NCBI RefSeq assembly: GCF_000143415.4
Contig: NW_003314267.1
Span: 3,099,407 to 3,163,406, forward strand
Length of the DNA stretch: 64,000 nt
Direction: 5' to 3'
Origin: Selaginella moellendorffii
Lineage: Eukaryota; Plantae; Lycopodiophyta
Position 1 is the first letter of the stretch; each line of letters opens with the position of its first letter. Positions 49,631 to 62,884 of the stretch are shown piece after piece. The notes under the pieces were generated by a model. It worked only from the letters and a program-made list of their open reading frames with translations, was not told the DNA's origin and did no database searches. The position numbers and the translations under genes were made by a program.

Positions 49631-52600
49631 GGTGAAAGCCCAAAGCGTTCGTCTCCCAGACCCTGGGGGGTTTGGTGAGCTCCAAAAGTATAGTAGGGGG
49701 AGGACTGCAGTGGAGCCAGTTTGGCCAGGAAAGGCCAGTTTGGCCCAGGAAGGCCGGACCCAGTGTTGGGTGATGAGCTGCCCACTGGGAAGTCCAAGAC
49801 TAGAGTGAACACAGACCGACAAGCGGGGTAGCTTGGTGAAGTGTTCAAGAGCCGGCTCTAGTTCCCCTGGGAGATCGACTGGCCGATGCTCCCAATCCAA
49901 GTGTGGGTGGCACTACCTACTTGGATACCTGGTGTGGCTCAACGGAACCCGCTCTAAGCCCATGGCTAGAGCACCCAAGGGCAGAAGGCGAGGAGAGTAC
50001 CCAGGTGGCTCGCGTAAGGCCACGGTGTTCCGAAATGTTGTCCCAAAGGCCCAAACTGTGGAAAGGAAGAGGAGCAGTCCTCTGGGGTAGTGACCAAGGA
50101 CACAGTCGTGTGGTGAGGAAGTCCCAGGGGACTGTGGGACTTAGTGGTCGGGCTTGTGGGTCTCGATCCAATGGCAATGTTGGCAAACACGACCAGGGGC
50201 AGAAAGGGACTTAGTGGGGACTGACAGAGGGATATTGGGGAAGGCTATCCCCTTGTCGGTGGGCATCCTAAGGATGCTAAGGAGTGGATCTGAGATGACC
50301 ACTCACGGATGGTTTGCCTAGTCTTGGAGAGCCAAGACTGTGATGCAAGTGGTATTGGACTACCAGTGTGGCAAAGGTGATTGGGCATGGCCTTAGCGTA
50401 ACGGGCTGCTATGTCGGTGGTACCTTTGAGTGTCGGTCATGGGATCGGACACGTGGAGCACTTGGACCAAATGCAAATGTTGAGTGGCATGGATGCCATT
50501 CTCGGGGCTAGCAAGCCCCAAGTCCTGGATTGGACTTATGGAGGTTGTGAATGAGACTCCTCCAAGTGGTCAGAGGTGTGGTTAAGTGACTAAAGTAGAA
50601 TGGAAAATTTAGTCTCTTACAATTTGGTATCGGAGTCGTTCCTTAGTCCGACTTTTATTGGTGCTCAAATATATCACCACTAGTGTTGGCATCGGAAGGT
50701 CCGAGGAGTGGGCCTATCCTTGAGGAGTAGCAAGTCGGGAAGACATGGCTCTCCATTATAGTTCATGTGTGAACTTGTAGACGAGGTGGTGGATAGAAAA
50801 GGGCCAATAATGGAACGACTTTGGGATCTTGGGAACAGTGCAAGGTTTTCCTCATTGAGTTGAGGATGTGATCCGGATGAGCATTTGTCTCAGCAAATTG
50901 GCTAAGGTTGTTGTGGTAAACAACTAAAGTTGGGATCACGGGAAAGATAGAGACTCCAAAACAATAAAGGAGTCACAAGATTATCCTCATATAGTTGAGG
51001 TTGGTGCTCATGAATGTGAGACCAAAGGTAATGACCGTGGAAGGTCAAATACGGAAGAGGACTCAAGTCCTTGAAATGGTAGCCGGGGCTACATTTAATA
51101 AATGCTGGAACAACCCAAGGAGTTGGGGGGTGTACTTAGAGATGAATGGTATTCTCATCGCATGGACAAGTAGTCTTAAGGGGCAAAAGTTGCCCCCAGA
51201 GAACAAAATCAAGTGTCGGAGTAACACTTGTGAAAATAGTCCTTTTGAGTAGGATAGGAATGCAAGAAGTGTATTCCAGTGAGCTAGTGTCTCACAAGTA
51301 GGACCTTACGGGTCTGTGGATTAACCAAGTCCAAAACTGCTGGATGACTCAAGTAGAGTCAAGGGATGGTCCTAAAAGGATTGATCGAAGCATTTGGACT
51401 GAGGTGTGTTGTACCCCACAAAGGATGGGGGGGGGGATCATAGGATCCAAGGATGAGAACAGAGGGTATCTCATCGATGGCAAAATGTGCCATGCTAAAG
51501 TTATGGGAAAGGTGTTCCCAGAAGAAAACAACTTTGGCATAAAGTTGTGTGTGACCTCTATGGGGTAGTGCTAACGGATGGTTGGCATGAGAAAGAGCGG
51601 TGTTGGTCTTGGCAAAGACTTAGACACGAAGGGGAAATGTCATAGAGGTAGGCTCGTGGAGCCGATGGTGTGGAGACACCAAATGTGCCAAGGTGTGATA
51701 CCTTGAGGCTATGTTGGTGGGTTCATGAGAACCCCTTGCCAAAGGAATCCCAATGGAAATGGGAATGGCATAGCCTAAGCTGCAGAGCATGCAGTTGGAG
51801 TGTGGTGACCCAGATAATGATGGAGGTGTGAAAGCACCAAGCAATGAGTTGTAGGACTTGACAACTATGAGGCAACTAAGCAAGAGGTGCAAAATAACTG
51901 GTTAAACGGGTAGAAGGTAGCTACCCAAGACTTCTTAATAGCATAAGAAAGTTGGATATACCCTTACGGGGGATAAGTTGCTTGTGTTGCGATATAATAA
52001 GTCAATGTCATAAAAGGAAATACTCATTGTCAAGAAAGCCATCATTGGGACACCCGGACACTCTAGAACACCAGAAGGTGGTGTTTGATGTCGCGAGGGC
52101 AATGGATAAAGCCCAAGGGACTAAGTCCCTAGCGAATGATGGATAGAAGGCGCTATCCAAATGTCCAAGGTTGCGGAGACAGGAGAGGACTGTCTACCCG
52201 AGTTGGACAAAGCCAAAAATGGAATTTTGGCAAGGCTAGTGATGGGCATGTAAAGGCCCATAAGCAACAATGTAATCCCAGTATGTGGGATTATAAGGTG
52301 AGCATACCCGGATTGAGGAACCACTCCCTAGGCTATTGGGTAGGTTCATCGCTAAGAATACTTGCTAAAGCGTGATAGAAAGTGCAAAGCTATCCTCTTG
52401 GTCTAAAGGAGAATGACCAAAGGAAAGGTGTGAAGCCAAAAAGCAAGAAGTAAGGGGATAGAACCGAACCATAGGAATCAAAGGGCATAACCAAGGTTGG
52501 TTATGCCAGCTGGGAGTGGAGAATCAAGTGGGGGCTCGAGGGTGTTGCCACTAGCAACCGTGATGCCATGGAGAGTCTAAAATATGGAATTGTCCATGTT

Positions 52601-53104
52601 AGACTATGTGGCATTTTGAAGGCTTACAAAAAGGGAGGCCTTAGCAAGTTGAGGGACAGAGTTCCTTCAAGGTTCCCAAAGACGATTCTAGGTAGCTTAG
52701 TACCTAGAAAGGCCAAGTGTAAATGGTTCATGGAACGCGCAAAATTAGAGTGGCGCAGCAGAAGCGTGGTCTTGAAGCTTGCCATGAGGCAAGGCTATCA
52801 AGGTTAGGGAAGTAGTTCCCGAGTGTTCAAAGAGAGGGCTTTGAACGAAAGTCGATGGTCAAGGACTTTCACGCTTATACAGGAACCATGTTACAGTGGT
52901 CGGAAGACTTGCCAAGCGAGATTGGCACGTCGGGGGAACAAATACCCTAGTTGAAGGTGATAACTTCAAAAAGGGTGGGCCATGGGGCCAAGCATGGAGG
53001 AGTCCATGGATGATCACAGACTTGTCAAGTGAGAGGACTTGGCAATGTGGAGGAACTAGGTTCCTAAGCTGTGATCTATAGCGCGCTTTAAGTATAAGTT
53101 GGTG

Positions 53105-53262
53105 CACCGGCGTGATGAGTCACACCAGGCATCCTGGGTGATGCCGTCCGTAGATGCATATACGGAGGTTGGGTTCGAGTCCCGACCCTCTAGTGTTTGG
53201 GTTCGAGTCCCAACTCACTAGGGCGTGGTGATGGTTTGGAATATGAGGACACTCATATTTCG
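53105..53262 (+). other. Cluster of six consecutive hairpins with two B-box/T-loop motifs
   Basis: Stems at 53109-53126, 53128-53145, 53147-53166, 53167-53187, 53190-53221 and 53240-53259; GGTTCGAGTCC occurs twice. Confidence 0.65.
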
Positions 53263-55305
53263 GTGGTCATGGACTCTTAGTGGGGAGACTGGTTTGGGCA
53301 CACCGCCAAGCGAGGGATGCCTCGGAGTCGTGATGCACGGTTAGATTGCTTAGTGTGAAAGCTCGGCATATCTAACTTGAACGCTTTGGTGCAAGTGGCA
53401 CCAAGGACGTGGTGAGTGAGATGGGGACACCTAATCTCAGTTGCTATGGACCCCTGGCCGGAAGGGCTGGCTTGGGCGCACCGCCAAGTGTGGGGGATGC
53501 CCCCGGGGTCGTAGTTAACAAATTAAAGGTCTGGAAGACCTAGTACCTATTGGCAAACCTGTTAAGGTGCCGAGGTGAAATCACTAGGTGATCTTGTGGC
53601 TAAATAAGGACAAGGTCCTTGTTTGGGTTAAGGAATAAGGTTCCTAGTTCAAAGTGTTGATTTGAACTATTGATGATGGTGTGGCTTGGTCAAGGTGACC
53701 AAGTGGGAAAAGCACCTTAGGGAAATGAGCTATGTCATTGCGATGGCATAGTGTGTCCAAGAAAAGTAGTCTCTAAAGAGACCCATGAGAGGGTCACAAA
53801 GTTGGGCCGAGGATAGAGCCCACAGCAGAAGATGCTAAAAGAGACTTACTAGGGGTGAACACCCTAGTCTTAGAAAAGCAGAGCCTTTGCTATGGAATCA
53901 AAAGAATACCTCAAGGAGGGAGGTAGAGATTTGATGTTGCTTGGTGCAACAATCAACGGATAGGAGCAAAAGATGAGTGGCCAAGATAGGGCCGTGGAAT
54001 CCCTAGGAAGGAATCCAAGTGACAAAGTTAGGCGAGGAACACTGACATGTTGGACGCTAACAAATTGCAGGAAAGGAAGTGTGTTTCCAAGGATGGATTC
54101 CGAATTGCTCCAATTTGGCGAAAGTGGAAGCTCCAAGGGAGGGAGCGGTAAGGTAGCCAAATGATAGGGCGATGGACAACCCTAGCACAAAGTGTGATAA
54201 ATGGAACTTAGTGCCCAAGGTGGCACGAAATAGAAGAGAGGATGATGGTGCCCTCAAGTAATGAACTTCCTAGGATGGGGAAGTGGAGTTGCACAATCTG
54301 TGCAATGCAAGGTGTTGGAGACACCTAGGAAATTGACTTCCAAAAGTCAAAAGAGTAAAAGTTCCAAAGTGCAAACATTCAATAGATGGAAATTGAGACT
54401 ACTCAAGAAGGAGTAATGGGATTGACTTAGAGAAGGGTCTCTAAGAGGTTTAGCGAGAACTAAACCAATAAAAGGAGAGAACCACTACATGTGGTCCAAT
54501 CAATCTCTAAGTTAGAGAGACTACCCTCCTTAGAGGATAGGCAAGGCATGGTGAGCCTTTGGTGTCAAACCATTGAGGCATATGCAAAAGGCATGGTGAG
54601 CCTTCAATGTCAAACTATTGACAAATATTGGCTAGGTGCCAAGGATGGAAATGGTAACACATGCGAGTGTTACTTTACAAAATGGTTTACCGTTCGATGA
54701 GGACATCGAACTTCGTCTATGGGTGGTGGAGTTGTGAGACACAAAATCCCTAGGCCCCAAAGTGGAGCCGGAAAGGGTGTCACATGGTAGTGGCTGAAGC
54801 GAGAGCCAAACGAGCGTAACACATTTGGACCAAAAGCTCCGGCTTGAAAAGTCAAGAGCGGGAGTGGAACTCCCAAAGAAGTGCTCGAGGAACGAGCACG
54901 AAGCGAGCAAAAAGCAAGGCTCCAAAAAGGGACCCAAAAGGACCAACACATGACACGTGGAAGTGTCCGAGATGGACTCGAGTTGGAGTCCGAAGTGGAG
55001 TCTGAGATGGACCCGAGATGGAGTCCGAGATGGAGTCCGAGATGGAGTCCGAGATGGAGTCCGAAATGGAGTCCGAGATGGAGTCCGAGGTGGACCCGAG
55101 ATGGACCCAAAATGGAGTCTGAGATGGAGTCCGAGATGGACCCGAAATGGAGTCCGAGATGGACCCAAAATGGAGTCCGAGATGGACCCGAGATGGAGTC
55201 CGAGATGGAGTCCGAGATGGAGTTCGAGATGGAGTCTGAGATGGAGTCCGAGATGCAGTCCGAGATGGAGTCCGAGATGGAGTCCGAAGTCGAGACCGAG
55301 ACCGG

Positions 55306-55337
<32 letters not shown>

Positions 55338-57169
55338 TCGGGACCGAGAACGAGACCGAGGCTGAGGCCAAGACCGAGCCCGAGCCCGAGTCCGAGTCCG
55401 AGTCTGAGTCCGAGTCCGAGTCCGAGTCCGAGTCCGAGTCCGAGTCCGAGTTCGAGTCTGAGAGGGTGAAAGCCCAAAGCGTTCGTCTCCCAGACCCTGG
55501 GGGGTTTGGTGAGCTCCAAAAGTATAGTAGGGGGAGGACTGCAGTGGAGCCAGTTTGGCCAGGAAAGGCCAGTTTGGCCCAGGAAGGCCAGACCCAGTGT
55601 TGGGTGATGAGCTACCCACTGGGAAGTCCAAGACTAGAGCGAACACGGACCGACAAGCGGGGTAGCTTGGTGAAGTGTTCAAGAGCCGGCTCTAGTTCCC
55701 CCGGGAGATCGACTGGCCGATGCTCCCAGTCCAAGTGTGGGTGGCACTACCTACTTGGATACCTGGTGTGGCTCAACGGAACCCGCTCTAAGCCCATGGC
55801 TAGAGCACCCAAGGGCAGAAGGCGAGGAGAGTACCCAGGTGGCTCGCGTAAGGCCACGGTGTTCCGAAATGTTGTCCCAAAGGACCAGACTGTGGAAAGG
55901 AAGAGGAGCAGTCCTCTGGGGTAGTGACCAAGGACACAGTCGTGTGGTGAGGAAGTCCCAGAGGACTGTGGGACTTAGTGGTCGGGCTTGTGGGTCTCGA
56001 TCCAGTGGCAGTGTTGGCAAACATGACCAGGGGCAGAAAGGGACTTAGTGGGGACTGACAGAGGGATATTGGGGAAGGCTATCCCCTTGTCGGTGGGCAT
56101 CCTAAGGATGCTAAGGAGTGGATCTGAGATGACCACTCACGGATGGTTTGCCTAGTCTTGGAGAGCCAAGACTATGATGCAAGTGGTATTGGACTACCAG
56201 TGTGGCAAAGGTGATTGGGCATGGCCTTAGCGTAACGGGCTGCGATGTCGGTGGTACCTTTGAGTGTCGGTCATTGGATCGGACACGTGGAGCACTTGGA
56301 CCAAGTGCAAATGTTGAGTGGCGTGGATGCCATTCTCGGGGCTAGCAAGCCCCAAGTCCTAGATTGGACTTATGGAGGTTGTGAATGAGACTCCTCCAAG
56401 TGGTCAGAGGTGTGGTTAAGTGACTAAAGTAGAATGGAAAATTTAGTCTCTTACATCCTATTCCCAATCGGGTCATTCCTCCACCTCCACCGGTGCAGCT
56501 CAAGGATGGGTCTAAGTACGAGGTTCAGGACATCCTTGATTCCAAGATTTCATGGTCTAAACTCTACTATCTGCAACTAGAAGGGTTACGGGCCTGAAGA
56601 ACGCACTTGGGAACCTACGGACAACTTGATTCATTCTCCTGACCTTGTTCAGGACTTCCACCGCCGCTATCCTTCTCATCCTAGTCCTCATTCTTTTTCT
56701 CCATCTCCCATCCCTCGCCGCTCATTTCATCCTCCTCGTCGTTCTCATTCACATCCTCGTTCCACTCGTTCCTGAGGAGGGAATCCCTGAATCCCCCAAT
56801 TCTTGCCACATTCCTGACTCTCGCCGGATTCCTGACCTGCAGACCACATTCCTGATTCTCGAGACACTTCCCTATTCCTGACTCTCAAGACACTTCCCTA
56901 TTCCTGACTCTCTGATTTCTTGGACAATTCCTGAGTCTCGAGCCACATTCTTGATATTGATGTGGCGCCTCCTCAACCTCAACTATATTTATGCCGTCCT
57001 CGATCCAAGAGTGGTGGAGCTTCATCAACCTATAGTATATATAAGTTAGCCTTGTTCCATTTCTCCACAATTTGAATCAACACCAGTCTAAGGCCTCTTC
57101 TTTGTTTCCATTAGCTTTTCTCTTTGTCTTTTGCATTTTCCAGTCTTGATCTTGTTGGGGGTCTTGACA

Positions 57170-58214
57170 AGATCCTCCATGGTGAGCAACAAATCCTTGA
57201 CACCGTTTTTGAGGCCAAAATGAAATTGATCAATTAGGGCCTGCTTATCCCACTGAGTGTCCAAGGCAAGGAGTTGGAACTCCGCAGCATAGATCGAGGC
57301 AGAACGAGACCCCTGAGAGAGACGTCTCATCTTTGTGGTGGTAGCCCCAACTCGATCCGTCTTGCCAAAACATGCTTCAAACTTTTCTTTGAGCAACTGA
57401 AGATCCATCAACTCTGGAACCACGACCCCTTTCATGCTCTTTTCCAGGAGAGGAGAAAACCATGACAAAGCTACACCTTCAAGTAGCGTCCCGATCGCGC
57501 CGATTTGAGACTCAGGAGTGGGGTACTGCCAATGTTGAATTGCGAAGATCAGCTCCCTCTGGTTCAGGAATCTGCAAAGCTCTTAACACTTGCCTGAGAA
57601 CTTCGCCGGGAAACTCACCTTCGGTTCAGGAACTCTGTTTGATCCTTGAGCCGAAAGTGAAGCAAGGTCCTGTTGCATGTGAAAAAGGGTCGCCTTCAAC
57701 TCGATATTCTCAGACTAGATTTTTGCAAGGACTTCGGCAAAGAAATCAAAATGGCTTGGAGACTCCATCGGCAAAGAAGAAAGAAAAGGGGGGAAAAAGG
57801 CAAAGGCAGTCAAACAATCAAAACTAGCTAAAGCAAAAGCAAAAAACACAATCTGAATCAAACTGTCAAGACCCCTAACAAGATCAATACTGGAAAATGC
57901 AGAAGACAAAGAGAAAAGCTAGTGGAAACGAAGAAGAAGCTTTAGACTGGTGTTGATTCAAATTGTGGAAAAATGGAACAAGGCTAACCTATATATACGA
58001 TAGGTTGATGAAGCTCCACCACTCTTGGATCGAGGATGGCCTAAATATAGTGGAGGTCGAGGAGGTGCTACGTCATCATCAAGAATGTGGTTTGAGACTC
58101 AAGAATCGTACAGGAAATCAGAGAGTCAGGAATAGGGAAGTGTCTTGATATGGTCTGTGGGTCAAGAATCCAGCAAGAGTCAGAAATGTGGCAGGAATTG
58201 GGGGATTCCTGACA
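57170..58214 (-). mobile_element. Chromovirus family B 5' fragment (5' LTR 57864-58214, PBS, partial gag)
   Basis: Matches 44123-45208; cut by the opposite-orientation copy of the same family. Confidence 0.9.
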
Positions 58215-58510
58215 CATAACTCTGTTAGCACCATCATCGGCACCACCATCGACAATAGGATTCCAACATTCAGCTTAGTCGGCCATCGCAACCAATTCCT
58301 TTAATACCAATGTTATGATCCGGTGCAAAAAAGACAAAGATCTAATCACCCTAAACTATACTACACCACCTCTTGAGATTCCTCACCACCCAACCACCCC
58401 TGAGCTACCTCAAAAGCTCTATCTACGGTAGGTTAAGTCCCTTGCCTTAATATACCCTTGAGACTCCCTTTGACCGAAGTTGACCACGTGGTCAAAATTG
58501 GCGCCTAACA
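58215..58510 (-). mobile_element. Family D 5' LTR (58311-58510) with Met-type PBS and leader
   Basis: Reverse complement TGTTAGGCGCC...GATCATAACA-TTGGTATTAAAG matches 34332-34577 and 18562-18740. Confidence 0.8.
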
Positions 58511-59246
58511 CCCAAGATTTCTTTTAGCTTCTCATTATTTCTCTATACAGAAAATTTCAGAAATTTCTATGAATTCTTGAAAAATGGGAATTCCTGGAAA
58601 TTTTGGTAAATTCCTTGGAAGTTTATTGCTTCTCTATCCAAAAATCAGGAGTTACTTTTGGTTGCAATCCAAAAATTGTATACAGTAGAATCAATGTAAG
58701 AATGAATAAACTCTATATAGGAGATGTATCCCTCCATTCACATCATGTCAAAGGATGGATTATAAAATCATCCTATGGTATCCATTCTTCTGCAACATGC
58801 TACCCAGCTTGGTGATCGAGTGGAATTATCTGAAAGGTTCTAATTTCTCTGTCAATAGCCGTGACAATACTGAAGAAATCTTCTATCTTTCATTGCACCG
58901 CATTGTTTACCTGGGGATAGATTGGCACAAATCTAGGCTGTCCAAAGTCCAAGATTTGCTTTCTGAAGATCCTGTCAAACTCGTATATAATGAACTGTAT
59001 ACCATCAGCACATGGAGCTGGAAAAAACAAACTAGTAATGTCCTCCAACTACTTTACCTCTGTCACAGAGGCTTCCTAGAAGCATATAGAATGTTCTATC
59101 TAGCTCACCAATTTGTTGGTAACATCTGAGAAACACTTTCTTAATCTTACTTGAAAACTCTAAAGCTTCAGAGAAACCTTAACGCTCACCTAAAATGTCA
59201 GAAAGTGAAATCTCCAACACTTCTAACAATTGAAAACCTATATCAT

Positions 59247-59834
59247 TTAGAATTTGTCATAGATCTCTTTGCCCCTTAAGATGATAATCCCTTTTCTAAG
59301 AAATCTCTTGTGTGAGTCATCCAAAACATGCCTCAACAAACCAGCTTTCTCAGATTGAACCTTCAGCCAGTCACTATTGGGATATTGAAGCTTAAAGTTG
59401 ATGATATTGTGTGCTTGTTTGTGTGGCAAAAATTGATCTGCATCCATGATTTTTTGTAACATAATCATTGCTGCTAACTTCTTTAAGTAGTAATAGCTGA
59501 ATGTCACCTCGTTGTGCTGGTTGTTAGAGAAAACTTTCTTATACCACTTGCTCTTTGTGAGAGTTGGTGATCGTGCTATGAACACAAATCTAGTAGAGTG
59601 TGGATGCTCCAAGTGGTGCAGATGTGCAAGATGCCAATGCTTTAACTCCTGAGGCACCACAGCCTGATAACCTTGATGCACCATAGCCGTAACATGCTTC
59701 ATTTGACCTTTGGTTAACACCCTTATTTCAAATAGAGTGAGGGGATGGCAAAGTGTAGAGTGAGGTGATTGTGAGGCAATTGTGAGGCAAGTGATCGTAA
59801 GAACTAGTTCCTTGAGACAGATTGCCATCATCAA
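59247..59834 (-). pseudogene. Unidentified 195-aa ORF, possibly a decayed TE accessory gene
   Basis: Longest ORF in an AT-rich region; no motif recognised. Confidence 0.25.
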
Positions 59835-60739
59835 GGCTATTGGACTTCTGCAGCCTATATAGGGCTGAAGAAAAGTTCCTGGTTGTGGAGCTCTTTAAGT
59901 AGACTCTTGTGGTCACCATCACCATTGCCAACTATGAGCTCCTCTTGAACTAGAGCTCCTAGGAAGTCTGGAGTACCCAACAGAGTGGAAAAAAAGAGGA
60001 GAGGTTCGAGGCCAAGAGGCTTATGCTGTCAGTATTGGAGTGAGTGAAGCTAAGATACTTGTCACACTATGGGACAGAGTTTTATTGCATGCTTAGCACC
60101 TTTCAGGTGTTTGGAGATAGTTTTGATTTCATTATCTAGGCTTTGTTCACTTTCTAGATGTGTTGTTAGTAGTCACTTGAGTTTCAAAAAGAAGAAAACA
60201 ATATTTTTTTTTTACTTTCTCGATTGTTTCTTTACATTGTTGGCATCTACAACTTGTGAGAGGAGTGCAACAAGGACCTTGAGAACATTAACATTTGCAG
60301 CTCTTTTGGCAGTGCAAACATGAGGTCATTACACAACACTACAATCAATAGCCATATGAGCTGCTTTGGGCTACTAAAAAAAGGGATAAAATTGAACTTT
60401 TGAGCATATAAGCAAGAAGTGAAAGAACATAAGTATGGAGTAACATTATAATAGTCTTAGGGCTTTTCACATTCTAATGTAAAGAGCAACATGCAAAATA
60501 GAGCCAAATAATGTCTAATGTTATTTTAATATATTAGTAGCATAACACAAGGATATGAGAATTCTATCATTCAACATGGTATGGAACTTGGGCTTAAACC
60601 TAAACCAGATGTAGAACAAAGATAGATATGCCCAATAATAACTTATACAGAATTATTTATCAATATTACTTTTAAATTTTAGTATTAAATATTATATTGA
60701 ATATAAATATGCTTGATTTTTATTCTATTTAGTATATGG

Positions 60740-61357
60740 CTTCCTAAATTGTGATTTGTAGCGCTCATTAGGTATAATTTAGTGCACTGATATGAGGAGT
60801 CTTTAGCAATGTTGCCCATAGATGTATATACGGAGATTGGGTTCGAGTCTTAACTCTTTAATGCTTGGGTTTGAATCCCAACTCACTAGAGCATAGTGAT
60901 GGTTTAGAATATGAGGACACTCATTTTTTAGTGGTCATGGACTTTCAGTAAAGACGTTAACTTAGGTACACTGCAAAGTAGGGGATGCCTTGGAGTAGAT
61001 TACTTAGTATGAAAGGTTGGCATATTTAACTTGAACACTCTAGTGAAAGTGGCATTGATGACATGGTGAAGAAAATGAGGACACCCAATCTCGGTTGCTA
61101 TAGACTCTTGCCTGGAAAGGCTAACTTAGGCACACTGCCAAGTATGGGAGATGCACCCAGGTCATAGTTAACAATTTAAAGATTTGGAAGATTTAGTATC
61201 TATTGACAAACCTATTAATGTGTCAAGGTGAGATCACTAGGTGATTTTATAGTTAAACAAAGAAAAAGTCTTTGCTAGATTAAGGAATAAGGTTTTTAAT
61301 TCAAAATGTTGATTTAAACTATTAGTAATGGTGTGACTTGGTTGAAGTGACCAAGTG
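60740..61357 (+). repeat. Old degenerate copy of the family A internal segment 53060-53705
   Basis: Colinear; differences are mostly C>T and G>A. Confidence 0.8.
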
Positions 61358-61379
61358 TTATTACTAGTGTGTTTGCAAC

Positions 61380-61870
61380 TAATATTGGATACTTTTTCCT
61401 CAATTGGATGGTATTCCAACATTCTTGTCAGAAGTGGATTCTCTCAAATAATGGTCATGCATTTATGGTTGAAGTGTTTCACATTTTAACATCTTGATTG
61501 AGGATTTGCCACACTTTTATGAGTGTTTATCATCCACAAATAAATAGTTTGGTGGAATAATTCATTTAAACCTTCAAAGGGATGATCATGAAGTACATGG
61601 ACTTTCAATATTCAGACTATGATGGTTATTTATTATTTCTTTAGTATGCATATGTCGTGAGGCTATATTAGTGTTTCACCATATAAACTCTTATATAGTT
61701 ATGATTTGATATTGCCAACAGACTTGAGTGTATCTTTGCAATTGCTACAAGTTATTGATGCTAAGTCATAACATTAGTATTTGACAAGTATTCTTCTAGT
61801 AATTCAAGCAAAGTCTATTGAATACTTAGGTAGTGTACAAGTGAACAGTGGTGCTACAATTCCCATAGTT
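61380..61870 (+). pseudogene. Retrotransposon integrase remnant
   Basis: ILSNNGHAF...SVYHPQINSLVE*F, similar to SDNG..F / YHPQTNGLVERFN. Confidence 0.6.
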
Positions 61871-61896
61871 ATCCACATGTAGAATACAAAGTGGAT

Positions 61897-62757
61897 TTAT
61901 TTTCCAAATCTTATAATATATAATTTATTTAAGGGGTTTCTTGCTCAGTGAAAAGGATTGTATTGAGTGTTACAGCAACTTGGACCACAAATTAATGAGG
62001 TTCAACATAACATACAACATGTTAATCCTCTTCCATCCTTCTGAAAGGAGGGGATGATATGAGGTTTAAGTGTATAATTATGATATGCTATACTAATATT
62101 AATATAGTGGAATTTTGATAGCCATTAAATTGGTTTTAATTTGGATCAGTCACTTCTATATATAAGCTATGTTTTAGGGTTAATCAAATATGCATATTTC
62201 TGTATTCCATTTCAATATTCCATACACTCACAAAGTTATACATTATATTTAGCACAAGAAGCCTCATAGATAGTAACTTAAGAACTAATAAAAAATAACA
62301 ATAATATATGTATGTATATGATATTGAAATGGAATACAGGAATATGCATATTCAATTAGCCTTAAAACCTAGTTTATATACAAAATAAGTGGTCCAGATT
62401 TAAACCAATTTAATGGCTATTAAAATTCCACTATGTTATAACATATTATAATTATACACTTAAACCTCAGATCATCCCAAAGGATGGAAAGAAACTAAAG
62501 TTCTTTGGTTAATGGTTTGGGATCTGAAGGAATATAGAGGCATTAGTGTATTTGTAGGTGGTGTCAATTATTGTTAATCCTATTATATGAAGCACTTTAA
62601 TCATTATATATGCACAATTGTTGAAGGATCAACATGTCATATGTTATGTCAAACCTTATCAATTTGTGATATAAATTGCTGCAACCCTTGATACAATCCC
62701 TTTCACTTAGCAAAAAGCCCCTTAAATAAACCACATGCTATAAGATTTTGAAAATGG
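61897..62757. mobile_element. AT-rich foldback / long-TIR non-autonomous element
   Basis: Left arm ~61897-62225 is the imperfect inverse of ~62310-62490 plus ~62625-62757. No clear TSD. Confidence 0.75.
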
Positions 62758-62884
62758 AAATTTCAATTGTATTTATTACAAAAGAATATTTTTAACATAT
62801 TCTATAAAATGCAATAAAAATTCAAAATATTCTTTAAACAATAATAAATATTCCAACAAATATTCTTTAGTCAACATGCTCCTG

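Larger units (their letters stand above)
48965..56455 (+). mobile_element. Non-autonomous long-LTR retrotransposon (LARD-like), family A, complete
   Basis: LTRs 48965-50621 and 54733-56455 are near-identical; TSD TCCTA. PBS TGGTATCGGAG (~50625), PPT at ~54720-54732. The 4.1-kb interior has no ORF of 100 aa or more. Confidence 0.95.
47970..57169 (+). mobile_element. Chromovirus family B 3' fragment (integrase, chromodomain, LTR) split by a family A element
   Basis: Integrase 47970-48964 resumes at 56456. LTR ~56780-57169 has a damaged 5' tip. Confidence 0.9.

Noticed and set aside
48962-49900. Long ORFs in several frames (RWSP, EMES, DGVR, LGLH repeats), also at 54632-55924, 302-487 and 3109-3537
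   Set aside because: They are by-products of stop-free 6/12-bp tandem repeats inside LTRs, with no evidence of real coding.
53105-53190. Hammerhead ribozyme (retrozyme) or tRNA gene
   Set aside because: GTGATGAG is not followed by a GAAA core with matching stems, and no cloverleaf acceptor/anticodon arrangement is present.
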